Assembly: GCF_964355755.1 (NCBI RefSeq)
Contig: NC_092670.1
Location: 41,156,388-41,220,387, forward strand
Origin: Antedon mediterranea
Lineage: Eukaryota > Animalia > Echinodermata
Direction: 5' to 3'
DNA: 64,000 nt
Shown: positions 54,278 through 64,000 of the stretch, in pieces
Layout: every line of letters starts with the position of its first letter
Position numbering within the stretch: position 1 is the stretch's first letter
Translations under genes and position numbers: made by a program
Notes under the pieces: generated by a model
Database searches by the model: none
What the model saw: only the letters and a program-made list of their open reading frames with translations
Told to the model about the DNA's origin: nothing

Positions 54278-57200
54278 GTTCTTCACTTGTTATTTTAGGC
54301 TGGTCACTGCCTCCGCTGTTTGTTGTGCTTCCAGAGTCGCTAAACAAAATAAAATAAATGTAGTCACACAATTGTTTCCATTAATGTACACATTGTGTAT
54401 TATTTTTATTCAACTTTACTTCTTGAATGAACCAAGTAATGACATGACTAGCAGTGCAAGTACATACCTGAACCTGAGATCACTGTATAAAATATCTCTA
54501 GCTCTGAAAGCAGCGTGATGTGCGTAATAGGCTGGACTTGGAATGGACGTACTCCGTGTACAGCGGGCATATGTATAACACATTTGATTGGTAAATTCTT
54601 CGAGCTGATTTTGTGTGAAATCATTATCATCCCACAACACGTAATAATGAGCTGGACGACTTGTTCCCTGTCATTCAGAGAGAAATGTTGTATTTTTTAC
54701 TTGTCAGTGAAAATAAGTCGACCAATGAAGAAATTTGTCTATTAATAACTACCAAATATACAGGCAGTAATCATTGTCCAATTGGATCATAATGATTATA
54801 ATCATAATTATCAATCAATAACTTCATTATCATTTACCTGTATTCCAGCATGGCTGCAAAGGAAAAAGTCCCAATTGACAGGGTGTGTAATATCCCTATC
54901 GACAATGGTTCCTGCCGGTACATTGCGACCACGTCCATTCTGTAGAATTTATATTTAAGTTTTTATTTCAATTGGTGGCCTTTTTGTGTAGAATTGTGTA
55001 ATTTACAAAATAGCTTGAAATTAAAGTGTGTTTACCTCATCTCTCCTGTCTACACAAAACAGGCGAGTGTGATGGCGTTTCTGCACGGTCAAAAATGTGA
55101 TTCCTGGTTTGTATTCTGAATGCAATGATGAACAAGCCCTGCGAATCGCCATTAGCTCACTGTCCAAAACCTTGTTTGAAAAAAAAATATAAGATCAAAA
55201 GAAAACAAAGTTTGGAAAATTAACATAAATTGGTCACCTGAGAATTGACCCAATACCTACTTGCTGAAACTGCCCTTCACTAACACCATCTCTGTACATG
55301 ATTATTTTCTTTGGTTGAACTCCTGTGCACTTTTTAAAATTAATGAGTAATTCTGTCACCATTTTGTCTAAATCTTCAATAATTTCTTGTCTATGTGCTT
55401 GAACTTTGACCTTAGCATCATACTTGAATGTATGTTTGTCCTTACTACCAACCACCTATAAATAATACACCAAGTGTTAGGGTTAGGGCATCAAGTGTTT
55501 TATTTTCACTGAATATACAAATAAAAACTTTAAACAATTTTAGATAACATTATTTGACCAATACAGTAGTCTGTTTTTGTTGCAAATTTAATCAAAACGA
55601 ACAATTCTTACGGCAGCTATTGACGGTCTGTGAAAATCTCCAGGAGACGGGTGTGTGACGTCAGCACCAAGGACTAAGGCTGGTTCTCTCATAACAGAAG
55701 ACCTTAAAGTATTTAATTCAATATTAAGCTCTGTCTACACTATCAAACTTTATGTGACAACAAAATGTGATGTGCCCATATATAGACATGATGACATACC
55801 ACAATATTTGGGCATATCGTTACCATATTTGCTTTTAACTATTATTACAGATTGACTGTATCTGGCACAAATCAAATGAAAACTCACAAAAATGAGCGAC
55901 AATCTATAATCGATTGAATTTTATAGTATTTGGTAAATCTGTGGTAAAAATGTTGGGTTAAAAAAAATTCATGAGGCAAAACTCTCCCTTAGCAAAAATG
56001 GTCCACAGGCCTGTCAAGAGTGTCAGCCCAGAAAACACACAATTGTAATTTGATTATATTAACTGCCCAGCAAATACAACCCAAGGGTACTATTAGGTCA
56101 TTTACAACAAGGTCACCTGGACAGCTCATGAAAATTCTACATGCATGGTTTTCAGCAAATTCTGTAGTGAAGTGTCTGTCACACTCCAGCTGGCCTCTCA
56201 TGTGTGTCAAGATAAATAATCAGAACTCGTAAATTGTTTAAAACAGACCAAGATTTATTACCCGGAGTTTTTCAAAAACCCGGGTGAAATGGACTGATTC
56301 TGCTAAGTGAGAGAAATGCCTAATGTGTAATTTTGGACGCCTGTCTAATAATGGAACTTTATAAATGACACTCTGAATAGTAGTATTGTACTCAAATGTA
56401 TGGATTTATCAAAGAAAAGTAATACATTACATTTGATTGATGACATTATTAATGCCTCCAAGTTTAGCATTGATTTTTAAACAGATGTTCTCCATTGTGC
56501 GAGGGCTTGCTTTCTTGGCATTTTTCAACTGTATATTTTGTGTTGCTATACCAACTTGAGCATCACCAGCATTTTTTATGTCACCTAGAAAAATATAATA
56601 AACAATCGCCTTTAATTAATCAATTGCAATGTAGTTTTTACAGCCAATAGTAATTTTGATACCATGTTTTGTACTACTAATATACGAATTAAAGTGAAAA
56701 CTTATTGAGAAAAACAAAGCTTACAAACAAAATAGAAAGTTAAAATTATTAAAATTGTAGGTGTTTGTACCTAACAACCCAACCCAATTTCCACAACCGT
56801 ACTGCAGGGCTATCTACATACTGAACATGACAACCAGAAATAACAACTTACCATAAATATCGTTACCTTTACCAGGTAACACAATAAATATAAGCTGAAG
56901 ACCTTGATGTTCTTGACAGTAGAACTGAAACATTTTTACAAAATCCACATTATGTGGACTTTCATACTGAACAAAACTGGCGCTTGCCATTGGCATTCCT
57001 ATCTTAGCTGATGTACCTGTCAACACATCATGCATGTTACTGCAAAAATACAATAAATAACACAATTAATATCTATATTAGTAAATTATACATACAAACA
57101 TACAGGGGTAAAATATATCTCAAATAAGCAACTTTATGTCTATTGTTATGACTGTATATACAGCTTTGCTGATTTTTAAACCATATATCTTTTTATCTAT

Positions 57201-60200
57201 TTTGTACTCATTTTCAAATTAGCTTGTTAAAAATTGCCAATCATTGAATAATTGTGCCTATTAAACTCACTTTAAATCGTCATAACGGCAAAAGCGTTCA
57301 TTTTCAAAGCATAGGATGCCCCAAATCTTCACACTTACAGCATTATGGAATTTCCTTCCCTGTAAATTCCAACTGCCTTCCCTGGGTTTTATTTCCTAAG
57401 TATAACAATAAATGTTTGAATGGACCATTTTGTAGTTTTATTTAAGTTATTCACTTCCGTAGAAATAATAATAATGGTTTTACAATATAAAAAAAAAAAA
57501 CTTTTAAATTTAACATTTAATTTAACTACCTGTAATTTTGTTAAAAATCCAATTTTTCCTATTCATCCCGATAAGCACTTTAATAACTATTATGTGACAT
57601 TAAAATGTATACTAAGATAGAAAACTTACAGCTTGTTTGTACTTGATGTCTGGTGGCGCAAGTACTCGTCCAGGGATTTTTAACAGATTTGGATCGATTG
57701 AAATTCCAAATGATTTCAGATAAGGATCACCAGAGTGGTTTGCTTCTTTGATCTTGAAAAAAAAATCATATCATACCATATATGGCCATATCAGAAATGT
57801 ATATAATGGCAGGCATTTAAGATATCCATATACGTGAAACACAAATAAGCCAGGTAAGATGAATACAAAATACAGTACGGCAAAATCAAATTGTACATTC
57901 AATGAAAATGAAGTCTTACCCAGTTTTGAATCTCTCTTAGTCTGTCTGGTGCTGGAATTGCAGTTTTCTGCAAGAATGAAAGAATATTGCTATTTATTAT
58001 GTCATGGTCTGCGGATTTGATGAATATTGAATTCACTATGTAGAGCCTGTGTGCCAATCAATGATAATATTACTATATCTTGGACAGCAGGATATAGAGT
58101 ATGTTATACATACCTTTATCATATCTGATGTCTGCATTGGGGTCAATTTTCTTCTACATGGTTGATTTGCAACGACATGGCACATCTAAAAACAAAATGC
58201 TCAAAACCTTATAAATAAGTTCATTTTAAATTATATTTGTTCATATTTTTGTACAGTGTCTTCCAGGCCTTAATTTAAAATATTTATTATTTGAATATTC
58301 ATCGGCAGAATGACCAATAAAGTTAAGACTGCTTATTTAGTTACACAAAACAATTACTGTATGTAATACGTTCCTGAATTTCTGTTATTACCTCAATTGG
58401 AATGTACGTCTTTTTATCTGGCTGCCCAACATGCAAACATGGAAGTCTTGGATACCTAGTAAAAAAACATAAAAATTCATTCAAAAACAGTTTTAACAAT
58501 GTATTTTAAGTTTAAAAATAATATAATTTTGAAATGTGTAAATCACTCACCTAAGGCGAATTCCATATTTGTCAAAAAAGTATTTGGCAACAACACACTC
58601 TGAAGTTCTTCCTTTATCATCTGTCAGTGGAAAGCTGAGAAATATAAAATAAAACTCATCACAATATCATATTCATTGGTATTTATTCATAAAACAAAAA
58701 GAAGGCAAAATTACAAATTATTGATTTAAAAGTCTAATCAAATATGGAGCAGAACTTCTGCAGATATGGCATTTGGTATGGCATTGAGTTTCAACAAACA
58801 TGTGTCTATACCTAGTATTATAAGGAGAATGGTTGTAAGATGTCTATGCCTAGTATTATAAGGAGAATGGTTGTAAGATGTCTATGCCTAGTATTATAAG
58901 GAGAATGGTTGTAAGATGTCTATGCCTAGTATTATAAGGAGAATGGTTGTAAGATGTCTATGCCTAGTATTATAAGGAGAATGGTTGTAAGATGTCTATG
59001 CCTAGTATTATAAGGAGAATGGTTGTAAGATGTCTATGCCTAGTATTATAAGGAGAATGGTTGTAAGATGTCTATGCCTAGTATTATAAGGAGAATGGTT
59101 GTAAGATAAAAAAGCATTTAATGAGATGAAAGGGCATCAACAACCAGACTGTTACCAGTAACAAAAACATAGTATACAGGTTTGCTTACGTCAATTTTTG
59201 AGCCTCCTTTGCTGTGACCCCAATGACCCTGAACTTGCGTTTGTATGATGGCTCTCGTCGTACTTCAATCTGTAATCCTTTAAGGAAAAAACATATCTTT
59301 AGTCTCATGATATGCCAACCCTCAAGATATAGTGCCATTACATTTTTCTAGTAAGTATGCCAACCCTCAAGATATAGTGATACTACATTTTTCACATTGA
59401 ACAATGAATAATTCTGTGTTGCCTAAAACATTATGTACTGCTGTGTTGCCTACCTTTGATGATCTTTTCAAACTGTTTTCTTTCAGCATCTCTCACAGGC
59501 ATGCCAATAGAATCTCTTCTCATATTTAGAACCTCAACCATAAAATCTAAAACAGGACCAGGCTTGTAAAATGCAGTATTGGAAACTATGAAAAACAACA
59601 ATAAGTTAACTTGATTTATAATGATCAAGGACAAATATTGTCTACAAGTACAGTAATCATAATCCTACAAATTCAAATGAAAAGATTCAAAAGCACTACT
59701 GTACTTATATTATCTATGGATATTACTAATTTATAAAAAAAAGTCATACCATCAATGTTAACACTCATTTTGTAATCTTTCCATGCTGCTGGTCTCATAC
59801 TTTGAAAGAACCCCTTGTGCAGTTCTAAGCCTCCTCCGAGGTTAAAATCATCATTTTGTCGTGGTTCACAAAATAAAGAACGACCAACTGGTGTGAACCT
59901 ATAAGAACAATATTGTATTATTGTACTTAAAGGGGGGTTCCGGGTTTAAAATGAATAGTAAAAAATGTAAAATATATTTGTTTGTCTCTTGAACGGTAAA
60001 AGTTTCAATTTATATAAGCGCCCAGTGAAGCAGAACGAAGGCTGTGAAATAAGGCCAGATTACAAGTGCAGCTACGGCGATATGACACTGTGTTACAGAA
60101 TAGGAAATTCGTGAAATGGTCAATCTTCCGACGAGTCGTTATCAATAACCATATCAATTACTTTTGTAAAATTATACTTATCTGATGTAATTTTAGTCGG

Positions 60201-63200
60201 TCTTCCCATTTATAAAGTCAATGTTCTATGAAAATTCATCAAAACAGTGAAAAATTAGATATGTTTGCACTTTACGTTTGCCGATTTTCGCACTGACTTA
60301 GGGAAAGCCTTCAAAATCAATGAAGTGTAACGTATACATTCCTGCTGAGCGAGGAGAGCGAGACGACGATACACGTGCTCTACCTGCCCATGCCTGGCAT
60401 CGTCACGTGATAAGCAGATACAGTATACAATACCAAACTGGTCGGGTCGAGTCTCCCCCTTCTATAATTACAACATGAACGATGTACAGTATTTGATTGA
60501 AGGTCGACTCGACCTACCGGAATGGTATAGATAATATAGTTCGAATGAGAGAGTTGGAATATTTGTAAACATAAGTATTGCTAATTTTAAGAACTGTAGC
60601 CTAGTAAAAGGCCTGGTAGTATCAATTCGCATAGGGTCTACTACACTAGCTAGCTCAATTTTTAACTGGGCCGGATCGGCTAGGTCTCCTTCCTACTACC
60701 TGGTCTACTTGCTTGATGCAGTAGTATCCGCTTTTTTGGAGAGTAAACTAGGCCTATTTTAGGCCTACTTAGACGATCGGGACACCATACAACATGCGGA
60801 CGGCGATATTTACAGCCGATTTTGTAGAATGTTTTAGGTTTAGATTGTTTAGGAGTTTGGTTGATAGGATGGGTTTGGAATCCACTGAGTTTTGTTATTG
60901 ATGGGCCAATCGTTTAGTAGTTAGTAGGCTAGCTAGGCCCATTGTATTATTGTACTTAAGTACACCTACCCACTAGAAGTAAGCTGGAATTGTTAATATT
61001 AATATGTCTGTACATAATAGCTCTAGAACCGTTATATAAACACAATGCAGGTTATCTTTACCTCATTGATGGATAGTAACGCATAATGACATCCATCGCC
61101 TGCAGGGCAACATACGGCGTAAAGTTCAACTTTCCACTCAGATACTGGTGCAGATCATGCAGATCGATTGTTGCCACTTTCTTTAATGTTACTTTGGCTT
61201 TTAATGTATTGCTGCCCTCATACTTTTTCTCCACATTTAAATCAACCTAAATAATTCATTAAAATAAAAAAAGTAGTGTTGTTTATCATGGTGCATTAAA
61301 AATGTAAAGCTTAAGTTGTTTGTGGTTGGGTAAAATTTAAGCTGGCACAAAACTACAGGGTCCCATATTTTTCTTATAGTTGTGACAGAGATTGCCTTCT
61401 ATCAAATTAAACTATCCATAACAGGTTCCTGTAGTGATTATATCATTGATTTTGAGATTCTTCAAAATTGATCATGACAAAATAAAGTTTTTATAATATT
61501 TTACTCGTCCTTACACGATTTAAGTAGTCTTGGACAATCAGACGACAAAAGGCACAGAAACCAGCAAGTGAATTAATACTAATATAATAAGTTTCATTGT
61601 TTATCAACTCAAAATAGACTAGAAAATGTTCAACAAATATTCTAAACTGAAATTAACTTATAAGTTCACCAATGAACAACAGCACTACGGTGTTAATAAC
61701 AAACAAAGAATTAACAGGAAAGAAAAGACTTACTTGTGCTCCAGTAAACCTGAGTTCTGCTGGACTATAGACACATTTACGACCATCAAAAACACACTTT
61801 CCTCCAGCAAAAATGTTTCTATTGGTATTTTGTATCTCTTCAAAGATATCTCTATGTAATTGAAAAAGCCATCATTTCAATCTTAAAAGATCAAATTAAA
61901 GAAACCGTCTATGGCCTGTAATGGTTAAACCAGAGAGGTATAAAACTCCATGGTTTAACAGTAAGACCTACAAGTGTCATATATCAACTAACCTAAGTTT
62001 TTTCTTAGGTAGTTTTTCTGGTTGAGTGCTCATGTCATATTGGAAAATGATGACATCCGTTGGAAACTTGACTCTAAAATGATTGCTGTACAGCTGTATG
62101 GGTCGTCCACTAGTGCCATAGCCACGCCTCTTCACTAGTTGCAAAACTAAACAAATACATTAATTGACAATTTTTTAATAACAAAATCTTTAAACTTTGC
62201 CATCTTGGCTAATAAAATTGTCACACTATTATTAGTGTTAACATCTTTCTATAAATAAAATTAACAAAAGATAGAAAAAAAGATATGAAGCAAAAATTTG
62301 GAGAACAATTTTGGCTAGGATGCATTTATTATTTGTTTGGTTCATTGGCCTTAACAAACCAAATTTGATGTGAATAACCAAGAAAAGTATGTACTACCTT
62401 GATCAGTCCTAGCAGGAGAGATCACCTTCTGACCACCACTGGTAACTGGTTTAGGTGTAGTAGGACCGGTCAAGCTAACTGAAGTCACTTTTTGACCACC
62501 ACTGGTTACTGGTTTAGGTGTAGTAGGACCGGTCAAGCTAACTGAAGCCGTAACTGGTTTAGGTGATGTACCACTTAAGCTAACTGAGGCTAATTTCTGC
62601 TCCACTGTCTGATGACCCCAGGCCACTGGTAGAGGCCCACTGATTGAGGCTTCTTTGGGTCTTTCCACCTGCTCCTTAGGTCTTGCACCACTTGTATGTG
62701 CCAACCTGGTAGTTGATTCCTGAGTAATACCAGCGGTAGAAGACAGTTGGGGTTCTGGTAGAGAGGCACCACTCTTTGGTTGTTGAGAATCTTCCTTTCT
62801 TTCAGATGCCTCAACATTTTGTGGTTCAAGTTTTTGCTTGGATTTACCAACTGTTTGTTCTGCAGAACTTTGCCTTCCTCCTGAAAAATATAATAAATAA
62901 ATCAAATATAAAAAGATATCTGCCACTGCAATAAAATCATATTGCAAAACAATTTATACTTCAATTGAGGAATTCGAAATTGCACACACAATCAAATAAT
63001 TGAATTCCACAATAACATTTTAACAACCCACACTTCACTCATGGCTTGCTAGCCAATAATGGTAGGTATCATTCAACATGTTTCCACGTACAGGTAGTAG
63101 CTAGGTACACTACCAATGGAACCATGGAGATAACTAACTAATCTAGCTAGGCCTCGTCCTTCTAAGCCTACAATAGGCCTGTAACTTAACTGTATATACC

Positions 63201-63883
63201 ACTTTTGCCGAGCGGCCTGCCTACTTCTACACACACATTTGGCCTAATTGTTTTGAGACTACTGTATATTATTATATATATAGGATAACGATTGAATCTA
63301 CTTTAATAGAGACTACCTGAGCCTCTACCACGGCCGCGATCCTTCTTTTGTTTTGTCATCTTTGTTATTTTTAATTCAGTTTCTTGTACAGAAATCAAAG
63401 GTTTGTGAATCGCTCATCCACTCTCCTACTTCAGGATTTTCCATTTTTGCAAAAAATTATGGGTAGAGCAGAGCTAAAGACGATCCGACCAATCGGAAGC
63501 AATGACTAAAACTGGAAATTCCCCAACACATGACGAAATAATTATCGCAGCCATGATTGAATTTGTTGTAATTAATTTATTAGGTCAATTAAAAGATTTA
63601 AAACAAAATTACAATCGTCACAAAATTTCTTTACAAGCAATATTTCGATATTGGGATGAGGCAAAACTACATAAAAGTATTATATCTTACTAATGGAAGG
63701 TACTGTATTCATATAAAATACAAGGCCTACTACTAAATCCTGACCTAGTAGTACGTTCGTTTTGTAACTTTGAATTTCAACTTTTCATGTAATTATATAC
63801 AGTATTATTCTTGAAATAATGTAGTTGAAAAAAAACTTCAACTTACCTCTGCCTCGAGCACGTCCTTTTCCCCTTTTCGGCAT
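54213..63883 (-). CDS. AGO: Argonaute, AGO clade, catalytic DEDH tetrad intact
   Basis: First exon 63883-63847 or 63359-63317, then 62880-62398, 62146-61993 ([14 protein letters not shown]), 61851-61734, 61246-61062, 59898-59750 ([17 protein letters not shown]), 59585-59454, 59277-59190, 58634-58551, 58455-58392 ([13 protein letters not shown]), 58185-58114, 57967-57920, 57752-57630, 57395-57271, 57039-56852, 56584-56431 ([11 protein letters not shown]), 55734-55612 (GADVTHP), 55455-55261 ([14 protein letters not shown]), 55170-55036 ([10 protein letters not shown]), 54939-54838 (SHAGIQ), 54667-54468 ([15 protein letters not shown]), 54339-54213 (MYYA*). Confidence 0.96.
58804..59107. repeat. 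38-bp minisatellite (GTCTATGCCTAGTATTATAAGGAGAATGGTTGTAAGAT) x8
   Basis: Nearly perfect tandem copies in an Argonaute intron. Confidence 0.95.
59931..60940. mobile_element. One-ended Kolobok-like insertion flanked by a 19-bp direct repeat
   Basis: Starts TTAA|AGGGGGGTTCCGGG. ATTGTATTATTGTACTTAA occurs at 59912-59930 and 60941-60959. No matching right TIR. Confidence 0.55.
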
Positions 63884-64000
63884 TTCTTTAGAGCAACTCT
63901 TCTAGCAATAAGCGTTTAGCATTTGAAGGTAGTACAGTCACAGTAGTGAAAATTGAGATCATAGATTTATTTCGCAATTCAATTTGGAAAAAATGACTAA

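Noticed and set aside
53865-54298. Three near-identical 70-aa plus-strand ORFs as a peptide gene cluster
   Set aside because: They are the antisense reading of the 112-bp repeat over the Argonaute stop codon.
49872-63883. Argonaute plus phosphodiesterase as a prokaryote-style defence operon
   Set aside because: Both are ordinary multi-intron eukaryotic genes in convergent orientation; adjacency alone is no evidence of a shared pathway.

Overview
AT-rich, intron-rich animal genomic DNA, probably from a marine invertebrate (echinoderm-like; the taxon is inference). Seven genes can be reconstructed exon by exon: GALNT11-like GalNAc-transferase (-, continues off the left edge), a BTB-BACK-Kelch protein (+), glycyl-tRNA synthetase with a U12 AT-AC intron (-), a P-loop sulfotransferase-like protein (+), an alpha/beta-hydrolase-fold protein (-), TDP2 (+) and an AGO-clade Argonaute with an intact DEDH tetrad (-). 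Introns hold many non-autonomous transposons. The most striking pattern is that many tandem arrays have a unit made of an exon end plus its splice donor, amplified 2 to ~28 times into the intron (8 donor cases, one of them looser, in 3 genes). One acceptor-spanning and one stop-codon-spanning array also occur. Other notable signals are five 20-36 bp CATGG..CCATG mini-palindromes resembling P-element excision footprints (three with exact 7-8 bp target duplications), a minimal hammerhead ribozyme motif and two alternative RG-rich Argonaute first exons. Coordinates were read by eye and may be off by a few bases.
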